NCBI GenBank assembly: GCA_038087875.1 | Contig: CM075995.1 | Coordinates: forward strand, 4,280,001 to 4,344,000 | DNA: 64,000 nt | Source of the DNA: Malacoraja senta | Taxonomy: Eukaryota | Direction: 5' to 3' | Part shown: positions 49,546 to 62,963 of the stretch, in pieces | Layout: each line of letters starts with the position of its first letter | How positions within the stretch are numbered: the first letter of the stretch is position 1 | Notes under the pieces: generated by a model | What the model was told of the DNA's origin: nothing | The model's input: only the letters and a program-made list of their open reading frames with translations | The model's database searches: none | Translations under genes and position numbers: made by a program

Positions 49546-52500
49546 AAACTTCAAGAGAGAGTTAGATAGAGCTCTTAAAGATAGCGGAGTCAGGGGATAT
49601 GGGGAGAAGGCAGGAACGGGGTACTGATTGTGGATGATCAGCCATGATCACTGTGAATGGCGGTGCTGGCTCGAAGGGCCGCATTGGCCTATTCCTGCAC
49701 CTATTGACTATTGTCACCAGCACTATCCTACACACTTGGGACAATACAGAATTTTTTTAACCAAAGCAAATTAACCTACAAACCTGTACGTCTTTGGAGT
49801 GTGGGAGGACCCGGGGGAAACTCACGTGGTCATGGGGAGAACGTACAAACTCCGTACAGACAGCACCCGTAGTTGGGATCGAACCCGGGTCTCTGGCACT
49901 GTTAGGCAGTATCTCTACCGCTGCGCCACCATGGCACCCAGAAACATGGTAATGTTTGAGGAATCCAACTCCTTACCTGCCATTGAGGTTGCTCCTGTGA
50001 TTGTGTTGCAATGGACACCACGACTCCACTATTAGGTTCATAAGTTCATAAGTGATAGGAGCAGAATTAGGCCATTCCGCCCATCAAGTCTACTCTTCCA
50101 TTCAATCATGGTTGATCTATATTTCCCTCCTAACCCCATTCTCCTGCCTTCTCCCCATAACCTCTGACACCCGTACTAATCAAGAATCTATCTCTGCCTT
50201 AAAAATATCCATTGACCTAGTCTCCACAGCCTTCAGTGGCAATGAATTCCACAGATTCACCACCCTCTAACCAAAGAAATTCTTCCTCATCTTCCTAAAG
50301 GAACATCCTTTAATTCTAAGGCTATGACCTCTGGTCCTAGACTCTCCCACTAGTGGAAACATCCTCCCCACATCCACTCTATTCAGGCCTTTGTGATATT
50401 ATGAGTGGCTTTGACGGTTCCAGTTGTCTTTATTTATTGGCTTCATCTCGTATCATCACCTTTCTGTCACCTATCATCGTATCATCACTTTCCTATCCAT
50501 CTACCTGTCCAAATGTCTTTCAAATGTTGTGATAGTCCCTGCCTCAACTATATCCATTGGCAGCTCGTTCCACCACCTTCTGTTTGAAAGAGTTGCCACT
50601 CAGGTCCCTATTAAATCTTAACCCTGTCTATTCACTTCATCATCTTATGCATCTCCATAAGATCACCCCTCATCCTCCTGCGCTACAAGGAATAAAGTCC
50701 TAGCCTGCCCAACCCCTCCCTATAGCTCAGGTCCTCGGGTCCTGGCAAAATCCTCGTAAATCATAGATACATAGAAAATAGGTGCAGGAGTAGGCCATTC
50801 GGCCCTTCGAGCCTGCACCGCCATTCAATATGATCATGGCTGATCATCCAACTCAGTATCCCGTACCTGCCTTCTCTCCATACCCCCTGATCCTTTAGCC
50901 ACAAGGGCCACATCTAACTCCCTCTTAAATATAGCCAATGAACTGGCCTCAACTACCCTCTGTGGCAGAGAGTTCCAGAGATTCACCACTCTCTGTGTGA
51001 AAAAGTTTTTCCTCATCTCGGTCTTAAAGGATTTCCCCTTATCCTTAAGCTGTGACCCCTTGTCCTGGACTACCCCAACATCGGGAACAATCTTCCTGCA
51101 TCTAGCCTGTCCAACCCCATAAGAATTTTGTACGTTTCTATAAGATCCCCTCTCAATCTCCTAAATTCTAGCGAGTATAAGCCAAGTCTATCCAGTCTTT
51201 CTTCATATGAAAGTCCTGACATCCCAGGAATCAGTCTGGTGAACCTTCTCTGCACTCCCTCTATGGCTATAATGTCCATCCTCAGATTTGGAGACCAAAA
51301 CTGTACGCACTACTCCAGGTGTGGTCTCACCAAGACCCTGTACAACTGCAGTAGAACCTCCCTGCTCCTATACTCAAATCCTCTTGCTATGAAGGCCAAC
51401 ACCCTCTTCTCTGCACCCTTTCTAACTTAATGGTGTCGTATTTTTGAACGTCGAAGAAGCTATTCATTTTCCTATTGAGAATAAAAATATTTGTCATCGT
51501 TCAGACGACTCTCAGCGTTTCAGTGTGTTTCTGCCACGGACGCTGCCAGCATTTGCACAGATCCTGTGTGGTCGCAGGATCGTCAAAGAATCCATGCAAG
51601 TCAGTAGAGGTCAGCACAAAGTCTGGGCGAATGAGCCTCAGTGGAGGAGGTTGCCAGCTAAACATTTCCATGCATGCACAACAAAGAACGGACACTAGAG
51701 GGCAACAGAGTCGCACAGTGTAGAAAGGAATTGCAGATGCTGGTTTAAACCGCAGGCAGACACAAAAAACTGGAGTAACTCAGCGGGACAGGCAGCATCT
51801 CCAGAGAGAAGGAATGGATGACGTTCCGGGCCGAGACCCTTCTTCTGACTGTCAGGGGAGACGGAGATAAGGAAGTGTAAGGTGTGAAAACGAGACAAAG
51901 GGGGTGGAGTTTAAGGAAATTGTACAATAGATCATTGTTAGCTAGGAGAAGGTAACAACAAAGCAGAGGTAAAATGTAAACAAGGACAGTCAGCCTGGCC
52001 GGAGAACTGGGAAGGGGGGAGGGATGGAGAGAGAGAGAGAGAGGGAAGGCAAGAGTTACTTGAAGTTTGAGAATTCATACAGTTGCTGGAGGCAAACCAC
52101 CTGCTCTTTAGTAACACTGAAACCAGTTATGTAAAATGAGAAATATCACACCATGTGCTGCCACCATCGGGCAGGGCTTCTCATTCTCTATTCTAAGAAT
52201 TTTCAAACTGTGCTAGAAGTCGAGTACCTAATCAGGATGGATCCTGCAGCTTGAAAGCATCCAAAACACAAAAGGTGTTCCGCTAATTAGCAGGAAAGGA
52301 TGCGGAAAAGATTTACGAGGATGGTCCGTTTCGTTTAATTTAGTTTAATTCAGAGATACAGCATGGAAACAGGCCCTTCGGCCCACCGATCCCCGCACAT
52401 TAACACTATCCTACACACACTCGGGACAATTTATATTTATACCAAGCCAATTAGCCTACAAACCTGCACGTCTTTGAAGTGTGGGAGGAATCTGAAGATC

Positions 52501-53836
52501 TCAGAGAAAACCCACGCGGTCACGGGGAGAACGTACAAATTCCATTCAGACAGCACCCGTAGACGGGATTGAACCCAGGTCTCTAGCACTATAAGGTAGC
52601 AGCTCTACCACTGCTCCACTTTACCTCCCTTGCCAGGACTCGAGAGCCTGAGCTATAGGGAGAGGTTGGGCAGGCTGGGACTTTATTCCTTGGCGTGCAA
52701 TAGGAAGATGAGCAGTGATCTTATAGAGGTGTACAAAATCATGCAAGGAATAGATCGGGTAGTGTCTCTTGCCCAAAGTCGAGGATCGAGAACCAGGCTT
52801 AAGGTGAGAGGGAAAAGATTTAATAAGAACCTGAGGGGTAACTTTTTCCACACAAAGGGTGGTGGGTGTATGGAACGAGCTGCCGGAAGAGGTAGGCGAG
52901 GCAGAAACTATCGCAGCGTTTAAGTCATTTAGACAGGTACATGGATAGAACAGGTTTAGAGAGATTATGGGCCAAATACAGGCAGGTGGGACTAGTGTGG
53001 ATGGAACAAGTATATGAAGGAACTGCAAATGCTGGTTTAAACCGAAGATAGACACAAAACACAATTTTGTGTCTTTCTGTGGATGGGACATGTTGGTCGA
53101 TGTGGGTAAGTTGGGCCTGTTTCCACGCTGTATGAATCCATGACTATAATTAGGGTTCTTGAGGACTTTGGGAATGGTTGTAATCAATAATTCACAGCAT
53201 CACATCAAAATGAGCACAGACTGTAACTTCATTACACCTTTTCTGCCTGTTCAGCATCATTCATCCCGTGTAGAAAAATAACCAGCGTGCCTTCAGTTAG
53301 AAATTACATTCTGGAACTTTTCTCATAGTGGTTTTGCAGGTTTTCCTTATCCCTTCCACGTCCATTTTATTACCTGGGGAACGGGATGCTGACAGCAAAC
53401 TCGCCATTCCTCCAGACAAATTGCAAACAGCAGTTTTAGTTCAGTTTATTGTCACGTGTACCAGGGTGCAGTAAAAAGCTTTTAGTTGTGTGCTAACCAG
53501 TGAGCAGAAAGACAATACGTGATAAATGTATAACGTTTAGTGCAAGGTAAAGCCAGCAAAGTCCGATCAAGGACAGTCCGATTCACCATGGCTGGAAAAT
53601 GGCAGATTGGCCGCGGTTTTTATCTCCTTAATCGTTCCAATCCCACACATTCACAGAAATTAAAAGCCAGTAGGTAGGTACGATGATGAGAAATTGGCAA
53701 CTCCTCTCAACTACGCTTGAATTCAATAGCAACGTCACAATCACCATTTTCTTTCATTAAACTATGACACAATAGATAATACTGCACTTCACTGGCACAG
53801 TAATTGTGACACAACACAAGGGATGAAATGACTCAC

Positions 53837-53891
53837 ATTTTCTTTATTCTTCTTGGAGCCTGGGATTGGAGGAAGTGATGCAGCCTTGGAT
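53837..53891 (-). CDS. DCDC2: DCDC2 coding exon (human exon 6 equivalent)
   Basis: tttctatgtttcttag|A TCC AAG GCT GCA TCA CTT CCT CCA ATC CCA GGC TCC AAG AAG AAT AAA GAA AAT|gtgagt, 55 bp. Encodes SKAASLPPIPGSKKNKEN versus human QKASSLPPIVGSRKSKGSG. Phase fits the preceding exon and it ends in phase 0. Confidence 0.92.
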
Positions 53892-54733
53892 CTAAGAAAC
53901 ATAGAAATAAACTAATGATCGTTGTGCTATTTTAGCGTCGAAATTGGAGTCAAACGAGGCCATTCGACTCACTGTGTTCACATTACCCCTGCTTTAAGGT
54001 GCTTAGGGTCATTGGGTCACAACAGCGTGAAAACAGGCTCTTCGGCTCAATTTGCCCACACAGGTCAAGACGTCCCAGCTACACTAGTCCCACCTGCCTG
54101 CGTTTGGTCTAAATCCATCCAAACCTGTCCTATCCATGTACCTATCTAACTGTTTCTTAAATATTGGGATAGCCCCAGTCCCATCTGCCTCCTCTAGCAG
54201 CTGGTTCCATACACACCGCTACCCTTTGTCTGAAAAAGTTACCCCTCGGATTCCTATTAAATCCTTTCCCCTTCACCTTCAACCTATGCCCTCTAGTCCT
54301 CGATTCCCCAACTCTGGGCAATGATTGTGCATCTACCAGATATATCAAACATAGAAACATAGAAAATAGGTGCAGGTGTAGGCCAGGTGTAACACAACAA
54401 TATAATCATGGCTGATCATCCAAAATCAGTACCCCGTTCCTGCTTTTTCCCCATATCCCTTGATTCTGTTAGCCCTAAGAGCTATATCCAACTCCCTCTT
54501 GAAAACATCCAGTGAGTTGGCCTCCACTGCCTTCTGTGGCAGAGAATTCCACAGATTCACAACTCTCTGGGTGAAAACGTGTTTCCTCATCTCAGTCTAA
54601 ATGGCCTTGAGGGGAAACTCGTTAAATAAGTAAGGAAGAATAGAAAGTTATGATGCCCTCTGACTGAATTGAGCTGGGAGGAGGACCATGAAGACCAACA
54701 TGAACTTATTTGCCAAAATGTCTCTATTTGAGC

Positions 54734-54787
<54 letters not shown>

Positions 54788-54865
54788 TTATTTTATAATA
54801 TATTTATGATATATATAATAAAATTAATATGTGCATGTATGTGTATAGATGTTATGAATATATAT

Positions 54866-54946
<81 letters not shown>
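54734..54946. repeat. Microsatellites: (TA)n(CA)n at 54734-54785 and (GACA)n at 54866-54946
   Basis: Seen directly in the sequence. Confidence 0.97.
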
Positions 54947-54947
<1 letters not shown>

Positions 54948-55499
54948 TTTGAAAGTAACTTCCACTCCATATGAATGAATGAATAAGGTTATTGGCCAAG
55001 TATGTACACATGCAAGGAATTCGTCTTGGTGCTCCACTCGCAAATAACAACACAACATATAGTAACAATTAAGAATGACACATAAAACATTAAACATTAA
55101 TAATAAAACATTATACATTAAACATGTGAATTAAATAAAATACCAGAGCAAAAGGAGGCTACGGACTTTTGGTGCCTGCCTACATTCCTGCCTATATCCC
55201 ACCTCTCCGCCCCCATCCCACGACCTCCCTCCCTCGCCCTCCAGCAATCCATCTACCAGTGCTTCAGGAGGTATCTGTTGGAAGGAACTGCAGATCGATG
55301 TCAGGCTGGGCAGAGATAGAATGTAGTTTCTTAAATGTTGGGATAGTCCCTGCCTCAACTACTCCCTCTGGTAGCTTGTTCCATACACCCACCACCCTTT
55401 GTGTGAAAATGTTACCCCTCAGGTTCCTATTAAATCTTTACACATGTATACATAAACACACATGTGTGTATACATAACAACCCCCCTCTGTTGTACTTT

Positions 55500-55728
55500 A
55501 CAAGCCAACATCTCCGTATATCCAACCACTAAATGGGAGGTCAATGGCTGAGCGTTCTACTTTCACTGTTATTGGGACCCAGCAGGCCAACCTCCAGAGC
55601 ACCATATAACATCAAAGGATGCAAGCATTCTGCAGCCTGCTCGGGATTGAAAAATGGAAGTGGACTTAGAAAAAAGGCTTGTGTTTCCCTCAGACATTGT
55701 GGCTACAACACTCCGGCCTGACATGGTC
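55500..55728 (+). mobile_element. Hero-like RLE non-LTR retrotransposon, C-terminal fragment, left part
   Basis: Frame reads DASILQPARD*KMEVDLEKRLVFPSDIVATTLRPDMV, the RPD motif of a restriction-like endonuclease. The left boundary is approximate. Confidence 0.78.
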
Positions 55729-58700
55729 ATAGAAACATAGAAACATAGAAAATAGGTGCAGGAGGCCATTCGGCCCTTCGAGCCAGCACCGCCATTCATT
55801 GTGATCATGGCTGATCGTCCCCGATCAATAACCCGTGCCTGCGTTCTCCCCATATCCCTTGACTCCACTAGCCCCTAGAGCTCTATCTAACTCTCTCTTA
55901 AATCCATCCAGTGATTTGGCCTCCACTTCCCTCTGTGGCAGCGAATTCCATAAATTCACAACTCTCTGGGTGAAAAAGTTTTTTCTCACCTCAGTCTTAA
56001 ATGACCTCCCCTTTATTCTAAGACTGTGGCCCCTGGTTCTGGACTCGCCCAACATTGGGAACATTTTTCCTGCATCTAGCTTGTCCAGTCCTTTTATAAT
56101 TTTATATGTTTCTATAAGATACCCCCTCATCCTTCTAAACTCCAGTGAATACAAGCCTAGTCTTTTCAATCTTTCCTCATACGACAGTCCTGCCATCCCA
56201 GCGATCAATTTCGTGAACCTACGCTGTACTGCCTCAATCACAAGGATGTCCTTCCTCAAATTAGGAGACCAAAACTGTACACAATACTCCAGATGTGGTC
56301 TCACCAGAGCCCTATACAACTGCAGAAGAACCTCTTTACTCCTATACTGAAATCCTCATGTTATGAAGGCCAACATTCCATTAGCTTTCTTCACTGCCTG
56401 CTGTACCTGCACGCCAACTTTCAGTGACCGGTGTACAAGGACACCCAGGTCTCGCTGTACCTCCCCTTTACCTAACCTAACTCCATTGAGATAATAATCT
56501 GCCCCCTTGTTTTTGCCGCCAAAGTGGATAACCTCACATTTATCTATATTATACTGCATCTGCCACGCATCTGCCCACTCACTCAACCTGCCCAGGTCAC
56601 CCTGCAACCTCCTAACATCCTCTTCACAGTTCACACTGCCACCCTGCTTTGTGTCATCCGCAAACTTGCTAGTGTTGCTCCTAATTCCCTCTTCCAAATC
56701 ATTAATATATATGGTAAACAGTTGCGGCCCCAACACCGAGCCTTGCAGCACTCCACTCGCCGCTGCCTGCCATTCTGAGAAGGACCCATTCATTCCTCCT
56801 CTTTGCTTCCGGTCTGCCAACCAATTTTCTATCCATGTCAACACCCTACCCCCAATACCATGTGCTCTTATTTTAGTCACCAGTCTCCCATGCGGGACCT
56901 TATCAAAGGCTTTCTGAAAGTCTAGATACACTACATCTACTGCCACTCCTTCATCCATTTTACTTGTCACATCCTCAAAAAATTCCAGAAGATTAGTCAA
57001 GCATGATTTCCCTTTCATAAATCCATGTTGACTTGGACTAATCCTTTTACTGCTATCCAAATGCCCCATTATTACCTCTTTAATAATTGACTCCAGCATT
57101 TTTCCCACCACCGAAGTCAGGCTAACTGGTCTGTAATTCCTCGTTTTCTCTCTCTCGCTCCTTTCTTGAAAAGTGGGATGACATTAGCTATCCAATCCAC
57201 AGGAACTGATCCTGAATCTATTGAACATTGGAAAATGATCACCAATGCGTCCACAATTTCTAGAGCCACCTCCCCGAGGACCCTGGGATGCAGACCATCA
57301 GGCCCAGGGGATTTATCATCCTTCAGTCCCATTAGCCTACCCAATACTATTTCTCGCCTAATGAAAATGTCTTTCAGTTCCTCTACCCCCTTAGATCCTC
57401 TGTCCTCCAGTACATCTGGGAGATTGTTTGTGTCTTCCTTAGTGAAGACAGATCCGAAGTACCTATTCAACTCTTCTGCCATTTCCTTGTTGCCCATAAT
57501 AATTTCACCCGTGTCTGCCTTCAAGGGACCCACATTTGACTTTGCTACTCTTATTCCCTTAACATATCTAAAGAAGCTTTTACTGTCCTTTATATTCTTG
57601 GCCAGCTTCCCCTCGTACTTCATCTTTTCAGCCCGTATTGCCCGTTTTGTTTCCTTCTGTTGTCCTATAAAAGTTTCCCAATCCTCTGGCTTCCAGCTGC
57701 TCTTTGCTGTGTTATACATCTTTTCTTTTAGTTTTATTCTATCCCTAACTTCTCTTGTCAGCCACGGTTGCCTCCTACTCCCCTTAGAATCTTTCTTCCT
57801 TTTTGGAAAGAAATGATCCTGCGTCTCCCGGATTATGCCCAGAAATTCCTGCCATTGCTATTCCACCGTCATTCCTGCTAGGATCCCTTTCCAGTCTACT
57901 TAGGCCAGCTCCCCTCTCATGCCTTCATAGTCCCCTTTGTTCAACTGCATCACTGCCACTTCCGATTTAACGTTCTCCTTCTCAAATTGCAGATTAAAAC
58001 TAATCATATTATGATCACTACCTCCAAGTGGTTCCTTTACCTCGAGTTCTCTTATCATAGCTGGTTCATTGGACAACACTAAATCCAGAATTGCCTTTTC
58101 TCTGGTCGGCTCTATTACAAGCTGCTCTTAGAATCCATCTCGGAGGCATTCCACAAACTCTCTTTCTTGGGGTCCTGAACCAACCTGATTTTCCCAGTCT
58201 ACCTGCATATTGAAATCCCCCATCACCTTTGTTACATGCCAGTTTTAACTCCTGCTGCAACTTACACCCTACATCCGGGCTACTATTTGGGGGTCTGTAA
58301 ATAACACCAATTAGTGTCTTCTTGCCTTTACAATTCCTCAACTCAATCCACAGTGACTCTACCACGTCAGTCCCTATGTCTTCCCTCGCAAGGGACTGAA
58401 TTCCATCCCTCTCCAGCAGAGCTACCACCCCCACCCCCCCCCCTCCTCTGCCCACCTGCCTGTCCTTTCTATAGGATGTATAACCCTGAATATTAAGTTC
58501 CCAGGCCCGATCCTCCTGCAGCCACGTCTCGGTAATCCCCACAATGTCATATCTACCAACCTCTAACTGAGCCTCAAGCTCATCTACTTTACTTCTTATA
58601 CTTCATGCATTCATATACAATACTTTTAATTCCTTACGCATCTCACCTTTCACATCGATCCCTATTACACATGGCCATACTCTCCGATCCCTTTGTGAGC

Positions 58701-59352
58701 TTCCTTTCCCGTTAATTCTGGGGTCATTAACCATCCCTTTACTCTCTTTGCCTTTAACTCCATCCTCGACTATCCCATTTGACACCGCACCCCCCCCTTA
58801 TTCAGTTTAAAACCACCCGTGTAGCAGTGGCAAACCTGCCTGCCAGAATGCTGGTCCCCCACCTGTTAAGATGCAATCCGTCGCTTTTGTACAGTTCCCC
58901 CTTACTCCAAAACAGATCCCAGTGATCTAAGAATCTAAATCCCTACCCCCTGCACCAGTTCCTCAGCCACACATTCAGGTCCCGTATCTCCCTGTTCCTG
59001 CTCTCGCCAGCACGAGGAACTGGAAGTAAACCTTGAGATAACAACCCTGGAGGTCCTGCTTTCCAGCATTTTTCCGAGCTCTCTAAAGTCACGCTGCAGA
59101 ATATTCATCCCCTTCTTTCCGACATCGTTTGTGCCGACATGCACTACCACTTCCGGCTGTTCACCTTCGCCCTTGAGGATTTTCTGCACTCTGTCCGTGA
59201 CATCCTGGATCCTGGCACCAGGAAGGCAGCACACCATCCTCGAATCCCATCTGTTGCCGCAGAAACCCCTGTCCGTACCACTCACAATGGAGTCTCCAAC
59301 TACAATGGCGTTGCCTGACGTTGGCCTCTTTGGTTTTGGTTCAACTGCCCTT
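55729..59352 (-). mobile_element. Near-full-length decayed CR1-clade LINE (HER1-like) with esterase-type ORF1
   Basis: Minus-strand ORF pieces: SGNH esterase (VVGDSIV...CCLPGARIQDV...VVHVGTND), APE endonuclease (GITETWL, IYRPPN) and RT ([39 protein letters not shown]). The 3' tail is (tagaaaca)n on the + strand at 55729. Several frameshifts and stops. Confidence 0.93.
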
Positions 59353-59371
59353 TGTGGTCCTGTGGTCCTGT

Positions 59372-59840
59372 TGTGGTCCTGTGGTCCACAACAGCCAAGT
59401 TGGCGTACGTTGTGGAATTGACAGATCCATGGGAAGATGGTGTTGAAGAAGCTTATGAGAGGAAAAAGACCAAGTACTCTGAACTGGCAACTGAAGCTTC
59501 CCAGAATGGCTGGAAGACCAAGACTTTCCCTGTCGAAGTGGGATGCAGGGGATTTGTTGCTACATCTATGACCAGGCTATTAAAGAAAATGGGGGTGAGG
59601 GGTCGCTCCCTCCAACAAGTAATCAAATCATTATCAAATTCTGCAGAAAAAAGCAGCAATTGAATTTGAATCAAAAGGAGAGACAACAATTGGGCTGCAA
59701 GATGAAGACAGGAGGGTATGGAATTGAGGGGGGTGTAACTGGGATGCTAGGTATCACCGTTGAGCCCTCTGGAAATGTTGTGGGCTTATCAATGAAACGT
59801 CAAAGGAGGGTGCCCACCTGATGACCCTGATGACATACCT
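59372..59840 (+). mobile_element. Hero-like RLE non-LTR retrotransposon, C-terminal fragment, right part plus 3' UTR
   Basis: VLWSTTAKLAYVVELTDPWEDGVEEAYERKKTKYSELA...FPVEVGCRGFV continues directly from RPDMV at 55728. Confidence 0.82.
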
Positions 59841-60180
59841 ACCCTATCTTTCACCACTCCAATCCCACTGCAAATAGCAAGAGTGCCGACTTATTACAAG
59901 GATTGAAACATCAAGTCCTATTAGCTCTACTCTACTTCCAGTCACCTCTTTTCCCACTTCAGTGCATGGAAAGCTTGATACATGGTTCAATGGTGTTTCT
60001 CTTGTCACGTGTGCAAAGAGCAAACACACAGTGAAATTATTTTCTTACAACCAGTCCAGTAGAGTATTGCTATACCTGAGCACATCCCGTGTTGGCAAGT
60101 ATACACAAATAGTCCACTGATCCCGCATGCAAGAGGCGCCATGTTTTGGCACCATTTTCAAAGTCCAGTGTGCGCTCTAG

Positions 60181-61220
60181 GTAGGTATGTTACAAAACTT
60201 ACCTTCAGCAGCGCTGCAGTTCAGTCACTGGCCGTGTGTGCGCGACTTTGGTGCCTTTGAGGTGGGGGGCGGGGTTAAAATGACGTTTTCTCCTACCTGT
60301 CCTCGATATATTTTCTCGGGGATCTAGCAAATGCTGAAGATTTGTTCCGACGGCCGTTCTGTGAATTTTTTTTTTAATCGCTCGACCATTTCAGCGCTGG
60401 AGTAAACTAAAAAGCCGCTTCTAATGCCGTGAACGCCGACAACGGGGACGGATTTCACGCACGGGACAGGTAAAGGAAAGCTGTTTATTTTACATATAAA
60501 CGTGCTTCTTAGGATGCCTTTAATCCAAATTTTATGTTGTGAAAAGGTGATTTATTCCCCATACGAACCGGCGGTGTTTTTCCTGCCGATATGGGGTTTA
60601 AATTCACCGCAAATGCAAAGTCCCAATCGCGTTCCACAAAATCCCACTCGCAAGATGATTTAAATGGCCATTAATTTACAGGAATTAAACACTAAATTCC
60701 TTCCATTTGGCCTATAAATTCATGACAATGAGATTTAAAAATCATGTTATATTGTGAATTCTTGTGTGAATGTTATTTGGACACTTACACAACTTAAAAA
60801 TATAAATCTTTTCTTAAGTAATGGATAGATGTTTAGATCTAGTAATTGAATTTTGTAATTAGTTATAATTGGGTAACTAACTAATTATATGCTTTAATTT
60901 CAGGTCATCCAAGTAAGATTATTTCATATTTGTTTCAGAATGCTTCAATCTATAATAACTGAATATTTCTTTCAGTTCTCTTAATTTTTAAGAAAGTTAC
61001 GGGCTTTTGACTGTCCTCGATCACAGCTTTTCTGTTAAGTCAATGGAAAAGCAATAGGGAACAAGATGCTAATTTCCGAGTATGAAAATGGCTATAACTT
61101 TTTTAATACTGAAGATATGAAAGTGAATTAGGTGTCAAATTAAACTTCTTTTATGCTTTATCTGGTGGGATAAATTGCAGACTTGATTTTTAAAATCTCA
61201 AAATTTTGTAGCATTGCTAC
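60181..61220. mobile_element. Non-autonomous DNA transposon, superfamily unassigned
   Basis: Imperfect 17-bp TIRs gtaggtatgttacaaaa and ttttgtagcattgctac. The flanking duplication is tctag, or ctctagg if the ends are taken as TAG..CTA. Confidence 0.75.
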
Positions 61221-62816
61221 TCTAGGTTTCATGAGCCCTGCCTGGACCAGGCAAGCCCCAGGCTGCTGCAGGCCACCAGCTTCCTTGGGCACGACGTCCC
61301 TCTCCTTGCCCATCCACCTTTGTTCCCCAGAGGCGCCTCCCACAGCCGACCTTGAGGGCGCAATAGGGAACACTGAGAAGTCCCTGTCCCTTTACAAAGA
61401 TTGAAGTAAAGAGGTCCCTCGGGTGTAATCAGTGGAATAAAAGTGGAGGCATCACTTTAACCACAAGATGCTGTCTTTTAGTGTCAAAGGTTATGGGGAG
61501 AAGGCAGGAAAAGGGGTTAGGAGAGATAGATCAGCCATGAATGAATGGCGGAGTAGACTTGATGGGCCGAATGGCCTAATTCTGCTCCTATTCCTGATGA
61601 CCTTATGACAGTGTCCATGATTGCTATTCCCACCTCTCATCCTCTTCTTTTACTTTTCTGGAAATGCCCAGTATCAAGGGGTAATCCAGACCAGCCAAAC
61701 ATGAAATTGTCCAGTCTGGGCCACAAAGACCAGCCATGCACAATTTGTATCCAAAAGCGGGGGGGGGTACTGGACACCATGCACATCCTCCTGTGTGGTA
61801 TCCCAATGACTGCACCACTGCTACTCAACACACAGTGGATTCCTAAGGACTTCCAAGACCGAGAGATTTGTCTAGGACGGAACTGCAGATGCTGGTTGGC
61901 ACCAAAGATAGACACAAAATGCTGGAGTGACTCAGCAGGTCCGGCAGCATCTCTGGGGAAAAGGAATAGGTGATGTTTTGGGTCGAGGTCCTTTGTCACA
62001 CTGAGAGATTTCTTGCTCTATCCCATTCTCAGCGATGGACAAGAAATCTCCCTCTGACCAAAAAATAATGCTGGGGAATTCCTCTCCAAATAACTTCCCT
62101 CTGCAGAATGCCCTTTTGCATGACTTTACCTTCATCATCCTTCTGGTTGGAATCCAGTCCCAATTATTACAGTCAATATCATTTTTATTTTTACATTGCG
62201 CTGACGAACAAAATATAAGAATCGTCTTGCAGTGAAATTGGACTAGAGTGTGGAATACAGTGATACAGTCATAGAGTGATACAGTGTGGAAACAGGCCCT
62301 TCGGCCCCACTTGCCCACGCCGGCCAACATATCCCAGCTACACTAGCCCCACCTGCCTGCATTTGTTCCATATCCCTTCAAACATGTCCTATCCATGTAG
62401 CTACCTAACTGTTTCTTAAACGTTGGGATAGTCCCTGCCTCAATTACCTCAGCTTGTACCATACACCCACCACACTTTGTGTGAAAAAGTTACCCCTCAG
62501 ATTCCTATTAAATCTTTTCCCCTTCACCTTGAACCTATGTCCTCTGGTCCTCGATTCCATTAGATTCTGTGCATCTTCCTGATCTATTCCTCTCATGATT
62601 TTATACACCTCTATAAGATCACCCCTCATCCTCCTACGCTCCAAGGAATAGAGACCCAGTCTACCCAACCTCTCCCTATAGCTCACACCCTCTAGTCCTG
62701 GCAACATCCTCGTAAAAATGAGGATGGCTGAAGACTGTGGACATCATTTTTTTTTAATCCACTATAGATTTCATTGCTTTAATATTTTACTAAAGCAGGA
62801 TTAACCCCAGCCTTAC

Positions 62817-62963
62817 CTGTTTGTCCTTCTTGGATATGATTTATCGAAAATAAGTTCGTTGTAGGGTAACTTCTTAAATTTATCTCTACCCACGGCAACA
62901 TAGTATCCTCCATTCTCGAGTTCTGAGCCGTCATTGACAGACCTTCCATCCAGAGTGTGAAGC
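62817..62963 (-). CDS. DCDC2: DCDC2 coding exon (human exon 5 equivalent), C-terminal half of the second doublecortin domain
   Basis: Minus strand cttccag|G CTT CAC...ACA AAC AG|gtaagg, 147 bp. Translates (R)LHTLDGRSVNDGSELENGGYYVAVGRDKFKKLPYNELIFDKSYPRRTN(R), closely matching the recalled human DCDC2 sequence RLYTLEGKLVESGAELENGQFYVAVGRDKFKKLPYSELLFDKS. Confidence 0.95.

Noticed and set aside
49972..50015. Strong minus-strand donor (cag|gtaagg) as a possible extra DCDC2 exon
   Set aside because: No similarity to DCDC2, and exons 5-8 are already accounted for with the expected sizes.
59790..59835. gaaacgtc...ctgatga motifs in the Hero 3' UTR as a possible hammerhead ribozyme
   Set aside because: The helices do not close properly around the core motifs.
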